The notes below the pieces were generated by a model. That model saw nothing but the letters and a program-made list of their open reading frames with translations. It was not told the DNA's origin and searched no databases. The translations under genes and the position numbers were made by a program. From Candidatus Undinarchaeales archaeon (GTDB lineage Archaea; Undinarchaeota; Undinarchaeia; Undinarchaeales; JALTGF01): a DNA stretch of 51,630 nt. Shown piece after piece: positions 18,429-29,227 of the stretch. The first letter of the stretch is position 1. Every line of letters starts with the position of its first letter. The DNA is taken from positions 1 through 51,630 of the forward strand of contig JAWOEA010000001.1 of NCBI GenBank assembly GCA_046483005.1, in the 5' to 3' direction.

Positions 18429-19892
18429 ATGTGCGGATTTATTGGAATTATAGGTGAAAGACCGGCAGCATACGAGTTATTCACCGGAATGCTTACAATT
18501 CAACATAGGGGTCAGAGCTCTTCCGGAATGCTTACTTTTGACCACGACGAATTTTTCCTGAAAAAGAAAGTAGGGCTTGTTTCAGAAGGATTCAATAAGA
18601 ACAATTTGAAAGGAATGCACGGAAATATTGGAATTGGGCATGTCAGATATCCGACAATTGGTTCAGATCCTCATAGAGATTCTCAGCCGTTTACTACTTA
18701 CAGCCCGTATGGAATTGGTATGGCTCATAATGGCAATTTAGTTAATTATGACGAAGTTAAAGAATGGCTTTATGATAACTATCAGAGAAGATTAAGATCA
18801 AAATGCGACGTTGAAGCAATAATGAAAGTTTTCTCAGTTGAACTTTTCAAGCAGGTTCACGACAAGAACTTCACTCCGGAAAAAATCTTTGAAGCAGCTA
18901 ATAATACAATGGATGTTTTAAACGGCGGATATTCCTGTGTAGGATTAATTGCAGGAAAAGGTTTAGTCGGATTCAGAGACCCGAAAGGAATCAGACCGAT
19001 GATATTCGGAAAGAAAGAACTTGACGGAAAAACAAGCTACGCTTTTGCATCTGAAACCGTTGCACTTGAAGTAAATGGATATGAAATAATCAGAGATGTT
19101 AAACCTGGAGAAGTTTTCTTCATTGATAATGATTTAAATATACATTCAAAAGTTGTTAAAAATTCAGGAAGAAAGCACTGTATGTTTGAGTGGGTTTATT
19201 TTGCAAGACCGGACTCAGTTATTGAAAAAGAAGGAGTATATGAAGCAAGACTTAAACTCGGAAGAGAGCTTGCAAAAAAATGGAAGAAAAAAGGAAAAGA
19301 AGTCGATGTTGTAATTCCAGTTCCTGATACTTCAAGAACTTCAGCACTCTCATTTGCAAATGAAATTGATGTTCCTTACAGAGAAGGACTAATTAAAAAC
19401 AGATATTCCTGGAGAACATTTATCATGCCTACGCAGGAGCAGAGAGAAAGCGCCGTAAGACTGAAATTAAACCCAGTAATTAAGGAAATTAAAGGTAAAA
19501 AAATTGCACTAATTGACGATTCAATTGTTAGAGGAACAACTTCAAAGAAGCTTATTAGTTTAATCAGGAATGCAGGAGCAAAAGAAATCCACTTCCTGTC
19601 TGCCTGTCCGCCAATTAAATTCCCTTGTTATTATGCAATTGATTTTGCAGACAAAAATGAACTAATTGCAGGACAGAAGGAAATTGAGGAAATTAGAAAG
19701 AAAATAGGGGCAGACACACTTACTTATCAATCTATTGAAGGCTTAAAAAATGCGCTCGACAGGGACAACGAGCTCTGCATGGCATGTCTAAACGGAGAAT
19801 ATCCTACTGAAGTTACTGAAAAACAGAAAAAGAATCTAAGCAGGTCAAGAAATAAGGAAAGAGATAAGTGGAAAGAGGAAAAGAAAAAATGA
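18429..19892 (+). CDS. purF: Amidophosphoribosyltransferase
   Basis: N-terminal MCG, QHRGQ, GHVRYPT, HNGNL, YFARPDS, DDSIVRGTT, Fe-S Cys residues. Confidence 0.97.
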   Translation: MCGFIGIIGERPAAYELFTGMLTIQHRGQSSSGMLTFDHDEFFLKKKVGLVSEGFNKNNLKGMHGNIGIGHVRYPTIGSDPHRDSQPFTTYSPYGIGMAHNGNLVNYDEVKEWLYDNYQRRLRSKCDVEAIMKVFSVELFKQVHDKNFTPEKIFEAANNTMDVLNGGYSCVGLIAGKGLVGFRDPKGIRPMIFGKKELDGKTSYAFASETVALEVNGYEIIRDVKPGEVFFIDNDLNIHSKVVKNSGRKHCMFEWVYFARPDSVIEKEGVYEARLKLGRELAKKWKKKGKEVDVVIPVPDTSRTSALSFANEIDVPYREGLIKNRYSWRTFIMPTQEQRESAVRLKLNPVIKEIKGKKIALIDDSIVRGTTSKKLISLIRNAGAKEIHFLSACPPIKFPCYYAIDFADKNELIAGQKEIEEIRKKIGADTLTYQSIEGLKNALDRDNELCMACLNGEYPTEVTEKQKKNLSRSRNKERDKWKEEKKK

Positions 19893-21211
19893 AGTCGCTA
19901 CTAATTGGAAACGGCGCCAGAGAGCATGCAATTGCAGAACAAATGGCGCAGAATTCAGACTTATATGCATTTATGGGAGCCAACAATCCGGGAATTGCAG
20001 AGCTGGCTGAAGAAACTAAAATTGGAAAGGTAAATGATGGAAAAGAGGTTTTGAAATACGCTCTTCATGTTGACCCAGATTACATATTTTTTGGACCTGA
20101 AAAACCTTTAGCTGAAGGAGTCAGCGACATTCTTTTAAAAAACGAACTGCCTGTTGTCGCTCCTACGAGTACTGCAGCCAGACTTGAAGCTGACAAAGCA
20201 TTCTGCAGAAGTTTAATGGAGGAATATGTTCCTACAGGACATCCGGAATTTGCTGTCTGCAATACAAAATCAGACATTAAGAATGCATTGAAGAAATTTA
20301 ATACAGAAGTTGTTGTCAAGCCGGCCGGACTTACCGGAGGAAAAGGAGTCAAAGTGCAGGGAATTCATTTAAAAGACCTGCTTGAAGTGAGAGAATATGC
20401 AAATGAAGTAATTGACGAAAAAATAGGGGGCTCCGGAACAGTAGTTATTGAAGAAAAACTTGAAGGAGAAGAATTTACTCTGCAGGTATTCACTGACGGA
20501 AAAAATGTTGTTAAAATGCCTCTGGTTCAGGACCATAAGCTTCTTCTTGAGGGAGATAAAGGCCCAATGACTGGCGGAATGGGCTCGTATTCAGATTCTA
20601 ATCATTCACTTCCTTTTGTAAATGAAAAAGATGTTGAAGATGCGCTTTCAATTATGAAGCAGACGATTGACGGTTTGAAGAAAAAAACAGATTTAATTTA
20701 CAGAGGAGTTTTATACGGACAGTTCATGCTTACAAAAAACGGACCGAAAATTATTGAATACAATGTAAGATTCGGAGATCCGGAGGCAATGAATGTTCTG
20801 CCTCTCTTAAAAACTGATTTTTCAAGTATATGTATGTCAATTCTTGAAGGAAATTTACAGAAAGCTGACTTTGAAAAGAAGGCTACAGTATGCAAGTATT
20901 TAGTTCCGAAAGGGTATCCGGACAAATCAAAAATCGGCGGACCTACAAAAATACCTGTTGATGAAAAGGCAGTAAAGGAAGCTGGAGGAAAACTTTTCTA
21001 TGCATCAGTAGATAAAAGAGAAGACGGGATTTATACATCAACTTCCAGAAGCTTAGGAGTTGTCGGAATTGCAGACCATTTAGGGGAAGCTGAAAGAATT
21101 GCAGAAAGTTCAGTTCAGAATATTAAGACAGACGACCTCTACTATAGAAGAGATGTAGGAACAAGGGATTTGATACAGGAAAGAATTGACCACATGCAAA
21201 AGCTGAGGTAA
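19889..21211 (+). CDS. purD: Phosphoribosylamine-glycine ligase
   Basis: GNGAREHA, GGKGV, QDHK, TGGMGSYS, EYNVRFGDPE; ATGA overlap with purF sets the start at 19889. Confidence 0.96.
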   Translation: MKSLLIGNGAREHAIAEQMAQNSDLYAFMGANNPGIAELAEETKIGKVNDGKEVLKYALHVDPDYIFFGPEKPLAEGVSDILLKNELPVVAPTSTAARLEADKAFCRSLMEEYVPTGHPEFAVCNTKSDIKNALKKFNTEVVVKPAGLTGGKGVKVQGIHLKDLLEVREYANEVIDEKIGGSGTVVIEEKLEGEEFTLQVFTDGKNVVKMPLVQDHKLLLEGDKGPMTGGMGSYSDSNHSLPFVNEKDVEDALSIMKQTIDGLKKKTDLIYRGVLYGQFMLTKNGPKIIEYNVRFGDPEAMNVLPLLKTDFSSICMSILEGNLQKADFEKKATVCKYLVPKGYPDKSKIGGPTKIPVDEKAVKEAGGKLFYASVDKREDGIYTSTSRSLGVVGIADHLGEAERIAESSVQNIKTDDLYYRRDVGTRDLIQERIDHMQKLR

Positions 21212-21212
21212 A

Positions 21213-21638
21213 ATGGTCAGAGTAAATCTAATTTCTCCTGAAAAGCTGGCGGACCAGCATTTAATTGCAGAATATGCAGAAATTTTGATGTTAGTTGAAT
21301 ATATCAGGAGTTATCCAAGTATTGAAAATATTCCAGATAAATTTACACTTGGAAAGGGACATATGAAATTTTTCAAGAACAAAGTTCTTTACTTGAAGAA
21401 AAGGCACGAAAAATTGAAAAAAGAGATGAATAAAAGGGGCTTCAAACCCGGAAAAACAGTAAGTTTGAAAGGAATTAAGAAAAACAAATTGAAGGACTGG
21501 AAGCCAAAAGAAAGAGATTTGAAAATTATCAGAAAAAGACTGATTAAAAGGATTAAACAGAAGCCGGAATTTTACAGATATTACGGAGAAAATAAATCTG
21601 AAGAATTTTTAGTTGGATTAATTGAAAACAATTCCTAA
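21213..21638 (+). CDS. Pyrimidine-dimer DNA glycosylase / T4 endonuclease V-like protein
   Basis: MVRVNL...LADQHLIAEY.E, FTLGKGHMKFF, KPEFYRYYG align with T4 DenV as recalled. Confidence 0.85.
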   Translation: MVRVNLISPEKLADQHLIAEYAEILMLVEYIRSYPSIENIPDKFTLGKGHMKFFKNKVLYLKKRHEKLKKEMNKRGFKPGKTVSLKGIKKNKLKDWKPKERDLKIIRKRLIKRIKQKPEFYRYYGENKSEEFLVGLIENNS

Positions 21639-21687
21639 ATTCCTTAATTTAAAAAACTTAATAAACAATTAAATTCTATTCCAGAGC

Positions 21688-22380
21688 ATGAAGCATGTAA
21701 CAATAATAATGGGATCGGATTCCGACAAAAATATTGCAGACAAAGCAGTCTCAATATTAGAAAAATTCAAAGTACCTTATAGTTTAGTTCAGGCTTCTGC
21801 TCACAGAGAGCCTGAAAAAGTTAAGAAAATTGCACAGCAGGCGCAATCAGATGTTTTTATATGCATTGCAGGGCTTGCTGCAGCTCTTCCCGGAGTTGTA
21901 GCCAGTTTAACTTCAAAACCTGTTATCGGCGTTCCTAAAAATGTAAGATTAGGAGGTTTAGACGCTCTTCTTTCCATCGTTCAAATGCCTTCAGGCATTC
22001 CTGTTGGAACGGTAGGAATTGACAACGGCAAAAATGCAGCTTATCAGGCAATCCGAATTCTCGGTCTGAAATATCCTGAAGTTTTAACAGGAGAAAGTTC
22101 AAGCACTGAAAGTTCGATTGTTTCAAATACGATTCCAGCTGTAAAAGATAATAATTCAGAGTCCGGTTCAATTAAAATTCCAGGCTTGTCTGAAAGTTCA
22201 GAATCCAGCGGTTCATCTGTAATACCTGGTGTTTCAGGTTTAGAAAGCTCGGACAGTTCAAGTTCAAACTCAGATGAAGGAAAATTCCCCGGCGGGATGA
22301 TGGGCATGTTCAATCAGGAATCTTCTGATACAGGCAGTTCAGCTAAAAAAGAAAAGAAGCCGAAAGGCGACTGGCTTTAA
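21688..22380 (+). CDS. purE: PurE (AIR carboxylase/N5-CAIR mutase family) with ~95-aa Ser-rich C-terminal extension
   Basis: [44 protein letters not shown]. Confidence 0.93.
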   Translation: MKHVTIIMGSDSDKNIADKAVSILEKFKVPYSLVQASAHREPEKVKKIAQQAQSDVFICIAGLAAALPGVVASLTSKPVIGVPKNVRLGGLDALLSIVQMPSGIPVGTVGIDNGKNAAYQAIRILGLKYPEVLTGESSSTESSIVSNTIPAVKDNNSESGSIKIPGLSESSESSGSSVIPGVSGLESSDSSSSNSDEGKFPGGMMGMFNQESSDTGSSAKKEKKPKGDWL

Positions 22381-22387
22381 TATTCAA

Positions 22388-23365
22388 ATGGAAGAATGGT
22401 CTTATTCAAAAGCAGGAGTAGATATTTCTGAAGAAGAGAAAGCTATTAAGGCAATTGCCGAACAGCTTTCTGAAACTTTCAAAAACAGGAAAGGAGTTTT
22501 AAAGGATATAGGAACTTTTGCGAATTTAATTGATATTGGAAACGGGAAGGCTCTGGCTTTAAGCACGGACGGCGTCGGCTCAAAAGTTTTAATTGCAGAA
22601 CAGCTTGAAAAGTATGATACTGTAGGCATTGATTTAATTGCAATGAATGTAAATGATTTAATCTGCCTTGGAGCTGAACCGATTGCATTGGTTGATTATC
22701 TGGCTGTAAGAAAGCCGAACGAAAATATAATGTCTGAAATCGGCGAAGGGCTGAAAAAAGGAGCCGAGCAGGCAGGAATTGCAATTATAGGAGGAGAAAC
22801 AGCAACACTTCCTGAAATAATTGCAGGAGACGATAATGCTTTTGACATTGCAGGAACAGCTGTCGGTATTGTTGAAACTGAAAAGGCAGTTACAGGAGAA
22901 AATATCAAGGAAGGAGATGTTTTAATCGGCTTGTTAAGTTCAGGAATTCATTCAAACGGCTTGACTCTGGCAAGGAAGCTGCTTCATGATAAATCTGATT
23001 TAGTTGAGCTTTTGACTCCTACTAAAATTTATGTTAAAGAAATTCTCAATCTGCTTGATAAAGTGGAAGTTACCGGGCTTGCAAACATTACCGGGGGCGG
23101 TCTGCTGAATTTAAAAAGATTGAATGAAAATATCGGCTTTAAAATAACCAACTGGCCGGAAGTCCCGGAAATTTTTAAAAAGATTCAGAAGAGAGGACAT
23201 GTTCCTGAAGAAGAGATGTATAAGACTTTTAACATGGGAATCGGATTCTGCGTAGTTGTTCCCGAATCAGAAGCAGAAAAGGCTCTTGATACTTTGAATG
23301 AGGCAATGGTTATAGGGAGAGCGGTTGAAGGAAATAAAATTATAAAGGACAACACCCATTACTAA
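22388..23365 (+). CDS. purM: AIR synthetase
   Basis: [45 protein letters not shown]. Confidence 0.96.
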   Translation: MEEWSYSKAGVDISEEEKAIKAIAEQLSETFKNRKGVLKDIGTFANLIDIGNGKALALSTDGVGSKVLIAEQLEKYDTVGIDLIAMNVNDLICLGAEPIALVDYLAVRKPNENIMSEIGEGLKKGAEQAGIAIIGGETATLPEIIAGDDNAFDIAGTAVGIVETEKAVTGENIKEGDVLIGLLSSGIHSNGLTLARKLLHDKSDLVELLTPTKIYVKEILNLLDKVEVTGLANITGGGLLNLKRLNENIGFKITNWPEVPEIFKKIQKRGHVPEEEMYKTFNMGIGFCVVVPESEAEKALDTLNEAMVIGRAVEGNKIIKDNTHY

Positions 23366-23367
23366 CC

Positions 23368-24336
23368 ATGGTAAAACCAAAAGATTTTATTAAAAATCAA
23401 ATTGCAGAAATAAAGGAAGAAATCCCTGAAGGAAAGGCAATCATTGCAGTTTCCGGCGGGGTTGATTCAACAACTGCAGCATTTTTATGTTCTAAAGCAA
23501 TTGGAGACAGACTTACTGCCATCCATGTAGATACGGGCTTAATGAGGAAAAATGAAAGCAAAAAAGTTATTGAAGCTCTGAAAAGTGCAGGAGTAAATGC
23601 AACGCTTGTTGAAGCTCAAGACGAATTCTTTAAAGCAATGAAAGGAGTTACTGACCCGGAAGAAAAGAGAAAAATAATCGGCGAGCTTTTTATCGATATA
23701 TTTGAAAAAGAAGCGGAAAAAATTGAAGACGCCGAAGTTTTAATTCAAGGAACTATAGCCCCTGACTGGATTGAATCCGGAACAGGGTATTCCGGACAGA
23801 CGGATACAATTAAAAGCCATCATAATGTTGGAGGGCTTCCGGAAGAAATGAATTTAAAATTGGTCGAACCTCTGAGAGAGCTCTATAAAGACGAAGTAAG
23901 AGAAGTTGCTTCCGAACTTTCAGTTCCAAAAGATTTGTATGAAAAACAGCCGTTTCCGGGACCTGGTCTTGCAGTCAGAATTTTAGGAGAAGTTACTGAA
24001 GAAAAGGTCAAAGTTCTGCAGGAAGCAGATTACATAACAAGAAATGAAATTGAAAAATCAGCTGAAAAAGGTGAAATTGAACTGCCGTGGCAGTACTTCG
24101 CCGCCTTACTTCCAGTAAAATCAGTCGGAGTTCAGGGTGATTTAAGAGCCTACGGAAATACGATTGCAGTCAGAGCAGTTCAGAGTGCAGACGGAATGAC
24201 TGCCAACTTTTCAAAATTTCCTCCTGAATTATTAGAAAGAATTTCAAATAAAATTAATAATAAATTGAAAGACGAGATAAACAGAGTGGTTTATGATATA
24301 ACAAATAAACCGCCTGGAACAATTGAGTGGGAATAA
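23368..24336 (+). CDS. guaAB: GMP synthase subunit B (ATP pyrophosphatase)
   Basis: SGGVDS, DPEEKRK, IKSHHNVGG, PFPGPGL, KPPGTIEWE. Confidence 0.96.
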   Translation: MVKPKDFIKNQIAEIKEEIPEGKAIIAVSGGVDSTTAAFLCSKAIGDRLTAIHVDTGLMRKNESKKVIEALKSAGVNATLVEAQDEFFKAMKGVTDPEEKRKIIGELFIDIFEKEAEKIEDAEVLIQGTIAPDWIESGTGYSGQTDTIKSHHNVGGLPEEMNLKLVEPLRELYKDEVREVASELSVPKDLYEKQPFPGPGLAVRILGEVTEEKVKVLQEADYITRNEIEKSAEKGEIELPWQYFAALLPVKSVGVQGDLRAYGNTIAVRAVQSADGMTANFSKFPPELLERISNKINNKLKDEINRVVYDITNKPPGTIEWE

Positions 24337-24911
24337 TGGTTAAGACAGCAGTAGTTGACAACGGCGGGCAGTATACTCACAGAATTAAAAGAACTCTGGA
24401 AGATGCCGGTTCTGAAGCAGAAATTATTTCAAATACTACTAAAATTGAAGATATTGAAGCAGACAGCCTTGTTTTCTCCGGCTCCGGCTCATTAGTAGGG
24501 CAGGGAGAAGAAGCAGGAATGGGCAGCTGTTCAAAATATCTGGAAAAGTTTGACGGCCCTATTCTTGGAATGTGCGCCGGCCATCAGTTAATTGCCAAAA
24601 AATTCGGCGGAAAAGTAAGGGCTGCAGAGAAGCCGGAATTCGGCAAGACTGAAATAATCATTGACAAGGAAAATGATATTTTTAAAGGACTTCCTGAAAA
24701 ACAGACAGTCTGGAACTCGCATAATGACGAAATTGAAGAAATTTCAGACAAACTTGAAGTCCTGGCTCACTCAAACGACTGTAAATTTGAAGCAGTTAAA
24801 CATACTGAAAAACCAATCTACGGAGTCCAATTTCATCCTGAAGTCCAGCATACTGAATATGGTTTAGATATGTTCAAAAATTTCCTGAAAGTTGTTAAAG
24901 AAAAGAAATAA
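24336..24911 (+). CDS. guaAA: GMP synthase subunit A (glutamine amidotransferase)
   Basis: DNGGQYTH, LGMCAGHQ, QFHPEV; TAATG overlap sets the start at 24336. Confidence 0.94.
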   Translation: MVKTAVVDNGGQYTHRIKRTLEDAGSEAEIISNTTKIEDIEADSLVFSGSGSLVGQGEEAGMGSCSKYLEKFDGPILGMCAGHQLIAKKFGGKVRAAEKPEFGKTEIIIDKENDIFKGLPEKQTVWNSHNDEIEEISDKLEVLAHSNDCKFEAVKHTEKPIYGVQFHPEVQHTEYGLDMFKNFLKVVKEKK

Positions 24912-24935
24912 AAACTCAAATCCTTTTTACTATTT

Positions 24936-27155
24936 ATGGAAACAGAAGACCTGATTAAAAGACTTGTAAACAGAATAGGTTCGAGGCAGTTCGGGGCTTT
25001 CAGAGGAGTATTCATCCCTACTTTCCTAAGTATTGTAGGAGTTATTCTTTATTTAAGACTTGGATACATCGTAGGTTCAATCGGCATCCTCGGAACTCTT
25101 TTGATACTTATTCTAGCAGTAACGGTTACTGTTTCAACTGCATTGTCTTTAAGTTCAATTACTACGAATATACGAATAGGCGCCGGCGGAGCGTATTCAA
25201 TCATTTCAAAAACCCTTGGTTTAGAAATCGGCGGAAGTACTGGTCTTCCATTATATCTTGCTCAGACTCTTTCTGTAGCTTTGTATATCTTTGGTTTTAA
25301 AGAAGCATGGAAATTTTTATTTCCCAACCAGCCCGGCATCATAGTCGTTTACGGCATATTCATCGCCCTTTTCCTTTTAACATTTATAAACTTGAAATAT
25401 GCAATACACGCCCAATTAATTGTTTTCTTCATAGTTATTGCATCTCTTGTTTCTATTTTTGCCGGAGGGAACTGGTTGCAGAATATATACACGCCGGGCA
25501 TTTCAGCATTTTCAAGAGCAAGCTTCTGGCCTCTCTTTGCCTTATTCTTCCCGGCAGTAACTGGATTAATGGCGGGAGTCGGCATGTCCGGAGAGCTTAC
25601 TGATCCTAAAAGACAGATACCAAAAGGAGTACTCTGGGGAGTAGGAGTTACTGCCCTGATTTATATTTTCATGACATTCTGGCTTGGGTTTTCAGCTTCT
25701 CCTGAAGTTCTGACAGGCAATAATCTGATAATGGTTGAACTTGCCAAGTATGCTCCGCTCGTACTTCTGGGAATTCTTTCAGCAACATTTTCAAGCGCAT
25801 TAACGACATTTGCAGCTGCCCCTAGGCTTTTAAATGCTCTTGGAAAGAACTCCATTCTTCCTTTAAGTAACTTTTTTTCAAAAAGATCGGAGGGAGGAGA
25901 GCCGAGAAATGCAACAATATTCACTGCTTTTTTAATTTTCATAACCGTTTCTCTTGGAAGCCTGAACAAAATAGCTCCAATCCTTACAATGTTTTTCCTC
26001 ATTTCATATACAATGATTAATTTCTCTGTTTTCATTGAACAGACGATGGGATTCGTTAGCTTCAGACCCACATTTAAAATTTCTAAATTAATTCCTCTAT
26101 ATGGTGTGCTTGCATCAGTTGCTTTCATGTTCTACATAAATCCAATTGCAGGAATTCTGGCTCTTGTCCTTGTTTTCCTGACATATGTATATTTAGTAAA
26201 AAGAAAGTTAAAACCGGAAGCAGGAGATATCCGGTCAGGTCTGTTTTACGCCCTTACGGAATGGGCTGCAAAGAAAGTTTATTCCCTTCCAGAATCAAAA
26301 AAACATGTCTGGAAAGCCAACTTATTAATTCCAGTTGTAACATCTGAAACTCTTCTAAGTGCATATTCTTTGATCAAATCAATACTCTATCCGAACGGGA
26401 CGCTTACCGTTCTTGGATTAAAAGCAGATGAAGATTATGCAAATAAAGACCTTGAGCTTGATGAAGAACAATTAGAAAAAGAACAGAAAGCTCTCCCTGA
26501 ACTTGTAGAAAAATTCGGCAAAGAGGGCTTCTTCACGAGCTATACAAAGGTAGACTGCGGTAAGGACTATGTAGATGACATCTGCATTGCATTTCAGGCG
26601 CTTGAAGGGCAGTTCTTCCATCCTAACATACTCTTCCTGCCCGCTGAACCAACTGTTTTTACTCAAAAGCAGAGGAAAAAAATGCTTGAAGAAGCTTTAA
26701 GCGAGAAAACAGGCATGGTTTTCTTTGATAAAAGTAAAGATATAGGCCTCGGCTCTGAAAAGGACATACATATCTGGCTTCCTTCTGACGTCCTGGAGAA
26801 AGATTTTTATGAAGACAGGTCCTTTGACCTTGCAATGCTTACAGGCTATCAATTGTATAAGAACTGGGTCGGCAGAATTGTCTTATGGATGCCGGAGGTA
26901 GATAAAGAAGATGAAAGCAAAGCAAGACTTTACTTAAAGAGACTTATTTACGAAGCACGGCTTCCTGCAGGTACTGAATACCACGTTTCATCTGACTCAT
27001 TTAAGAAGATATTCAAGAAAGCTCCTAAAGAGGATATACATATACTTCCTTTCAAAGATGCGGACGACCTTAAAAATAAGCTAAAAACCACTAAAGAAAT
27101 TGATAGGTCCTATCTTTATGTATTTGATTCTACCGGAGAAGACATACTGGCTTAA
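24936..27155 (+). CDS. Cation-chloride cotransporter (SLC12/CCC-like APC permease with cytoplasmic C-terminal domain)
   Basis: [59 protein letters not shown]. Confidence 0.85.
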   Translation: METEDLIKRLVNRIGSRQFGAFRGVFIPTFLSIVGVILYLRLGYIVGSIGILGTLLILILAVTVTVSTALSLSSITTNIRIGAGGAYSIISKTLGLEIGGSTGLPLYLAQTLSVALYIFGFKEAWKFLFPNQPGIIVVYGIFIALFLLTFINLKYAIHAQLIVFFIVIASLVSIFAGGNWLQNIYTPGISAFSRASFWPLFALFFPAVTGLMAGVGMSGELTDPKRQIPKGVLWGVGVTALIYIFMTFWLGFSASPEVLTGNNLIMVELAKYAPLVLLGILSATFSSALTTFAAAPRLLNALGKNSILPLSNFFSKRSEGGEPRNATIFTAFLIFITVSLGSLNKIAPILTMFFLISYTMINFSVFIEQTMGFVSFRPTFKISKLIPLYGVLASVAFMFYINPIAGILALVLVFLTYVYLVKRKLKPEAGDIRSGLFYALTEWAAKKVYSLPESKKHVWKANLLIPVVTSETLLSAYSLIKSILYPNGTLTVLGLKADEDYANKDLELDEEQLEKEQKALPELVEKFGKEGFFTSYTKVDCGKDYVDDICIAFQALEGQFFHPNILFLPAEPTVFTQKQRKKMLEEALSEKTGMVFFDKSKDIGLGSEKDIHIWLPSDVLEKDFYEDRSFDLAMLTGYQLYKNWVGRIVLWMPEVDKEDESKARLYLKRLIYEARLPAGTEYHVSSDSFKKIFKKAPKEDIHILPFKDADDLKNKLKTTKEIDRSYLYVFDSTGEDILA

Positions 27156-27760
27156 AACAGTTTTTTGAATCTTTTTTCCGCATTATCCCAGTTTACGAAA
27201 TCCCAGAATTTGTCAACAAAATCGCCTCTGTTGTTTTCGTAGTCCAGATAGTATGCATGCTCCCATACATCCAAAGTTAAAAGGATTTCAAAGGTAGGAA
27301 ATATATTGACATTATGCTTCTCTATCTGCATTATCATTGGCTTGTCTGTCTTCTTGCAGTAAGTCAGTGCAGCCCATCCGGAGCCTTCGACACTTTTTGC
27401 TGCTGACGAAAATTCTTCTTTAAATCTTTTAAAGCTTTCAAACTCATCTTCTATTGTGTCGGCAAGTTTTCCTCCGGGCTGTCCTCCTCCCTTTCCTTTT
27501 GGAGTCATGGAAGGCCAGAAAATTGAATGAAGTACATGCCCCCCAATATTGTATGAAAGGGCCTTAAGGGTTGCTTTGATTGGATAATTTTTTCCATGGA
27601 TTCTGCCGTCTTCCATTTTTTCCAGAATTGCATTTGCTCCGTTTACATAGCCTGCATGATGCTTGTCGTGGTGTATCTTCAAAAGTTTTTCAGAAATGAA
27701 AGGTTCCAAATCTTTGTATCCATATGGTAAATCCGGAAGTTCGTATTTTTTGTCGTTCAT
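27152..27760 (-). CDS. sod: Fe/Mn superoxide dismutase
   Basis: [30 protein letters not shown]; GAGGT RBS before ATG 27760. Confidence 0.96.
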   Translation of the reverse strand: MNDKKYELPDLPYGYKDLEPFISEKLLKIHHDKHHAGYVNGANAILEKMEDGRIHGKNYPIKATLKALSYNIGGHVLHSIFWPSMTPKGKGGGQPGGKLADTIEDEFESFKRFKEEFSSAAKSVEGSGWAALTYCKKTDKPMIMQIEKHNVNIFPTFEILLTLDVWEHAYYLDYENNRGDFVDKFWDFVNWDNAEKRFKKLF

Positions 27761-27809
27761 GAGTATCAACCTCTGTTTTTGGTTATTTGAAGTAATTATT
27801 TATATTCTT

Positions 27810-28424
27810 CTATTTCAAAATTTTTCCCGTTTCCAGGAACCATAAATATAAATCAAGTTCAGCCAGGCTCATAGTTAGTTTTTCAGCCAGCTCAGATAGA
27901 ATTTTCTCAATTTTCAGGTACTTTCCTTTTGTAAGGGTTTTCGGCTTTTCAACTATTCTGTGTCTTTCCAAAATATCAATTATATGAAAATCAATTATTG
28001 CATAGTTTCCAAAACCGATGTTTCTTAAAAAGTGACTTGCTTCTTTGTATCCTAAACCTTTGATGTTTTCAACCAGCCATTTTCTTGGTTTTTCTTTATC
28101 CTTAATACTCTCCAGCTCGTCCAGATGTTTTCTTGCTTCAACTATATATTCTGCTCTCTTGTTGGGAAACCTGTATCCGAGTTCTTTCAGTTTCTTTGCA
28201 AGCTTCCCTTCCGAATAATTTAAGAAACCTTTCTCAATCTTATCCTGAATTTCAATTGCTCTTTTAGCGTCAAAATTAGCTGTAAGAATGCAGAAAGCAA
28301 GCTCGCTGAATAAATGCTTCCTTTCTTTCTCTCCAAGTTTTTTAAATTCAGATAATCTCTTTTCTATTCTGCTGTTTACTTCAGTATTCAGCAGAGATTT
28401 GACAAGTTCAATCAGTTCTTCCAT
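27810..28424 (-). CDS. ogg: 8-oxoguanine N-glycosylase/DNA lyase (Ogg2 type)
   Basis: ELAFCILTAN, GYRFPN.RA, IKGLGYKEASHFLRN, IIDFH, LDLYLW, C-terminal K. Confidence 0.92.
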   Translation of the reverse strand: MEELIELVKSLLNTEVNSRIEKRLSEFKKLGEKERKHLFSELAFCILTANFDAKRAIEIQDKIEKGFLNYSEGKLAKKLKELGYRFPNKRAEYIVEARKHLDELESIKDKEKPRKWLVENIKGLGYKEASHFLRNIGFGNYAIIDFHIIDILERHRIVEKPKTLTKGKYLKIEKILSELAEKLTMSLAELDLYLWFLETGKILK

Positions 28425-28524
28425 TTTAAATAGAAACAGAAGATACTCCCGAATCAGTACATTAAAACCTATAGGTACTTCAAGGAACTCTTGATTCCTT
28501 TATTCAGATATTCAATTTATGCAG

Positions 28525-29046
28525 TTATTTCAGCTCCGCTGAAGCGTACTCATCGTGTCCTTCTTCGGCGTGAATAAGCGCATCATAGAATGTTTTTACC
28601 TTCTCGTTTTCTGCATTCTGCATGAAAGATTTGTATTTTTCAATTGCGCCGTTTTCAAGTTCAACAGTTCTTTCCAAATCTGCATCTATGCTTCCTTTTG
28701 AGTCCTCTCCTGTAAATTCGGGCATTTCAATTTGAAGGAATTTTGAAGCAACTTCTGCATGCTCTTTTTCTACCCTTGCAAACTGCTTGAAAAGTCTTTC
28801 ATATTTGGAATATTTCTCTTGAGTTTTAGCAACCTTTTTGTAGTATGCTGTTGCATTTACTTCCAAACCAAGAGTGCTTTTCATATCCTTTTCTTCCTGT
28901 TCATTCAATTCGATACCCCATAAAGTTGAATAGTCTTCAGACATTCCGATATATTTCTTTGGAGCTCCGCAGAAAGGACAGTCATCCGGTGCTTCTCCTC
29001 CTAGATACGGTTCTCCGCATATTTCACAAACATATAATTTTACCAT
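28525..29046 (-). CDS. Reverse rubrerythrin-like protein (N-terminal rubredoxin plus ferritin-like domain)
   Basis: CEICG...CPFCG, then EKEH and EEGH di-iron motifs. Confidence 0.85.
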   Translation of the reverse strand: MVKLYVCEICGEPYLGGEAPDDCPFCGAPKKYIGMSEDYSTLWGIELNEQEEKDMKSTLGLEVNATAYYKKVAKTQEKYSKYERLFKQFARVEKEHAEVASKFLQIEMPEFTGEDSKGSIDADLERTVELENGAIEKYKSFMQNAENEKVKTFYDALIHAEEGHDEYASAELK

Positions 29047-29095
29047 GTTAACCTCCGTTCAATAGTTAATTATTATGTGTTTTTTGAGTTTTGTA

Positions 29096-29227
29096 TTAAG
29101 ATTCAGAATAGTTTTCAAGTTTTTTCATTTCTTCGCCGCAGCAAACCAACTTTCCAACTCCTGATTCCAATACTTTTACAACATTTCCGCAGATGTCGCA
29201 TTTGTATATTTCATTTATTTCTGTCAT
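29096..29227 (-). CDS. Stand-alone desulforedoxin (FeCys4) domain protein, 43 aa, not in the ORF track
   Basis: [43 protein letters not shown]; TAATG overlap with the rubrerythrin stop. Confidence 0.9.
   Translation of the reverse strand: MTEINEIYKCDICGNVVKVLESGVGKLVCCGEEMKKLENYSES

Noticed and set aside
28425-28524. Possible C/D box sRNA or structured leader upstream of ogg
   Set aside because: Only a short AAGGAA/TTCCTT hairpin and isolated CTGA; no convincing C box
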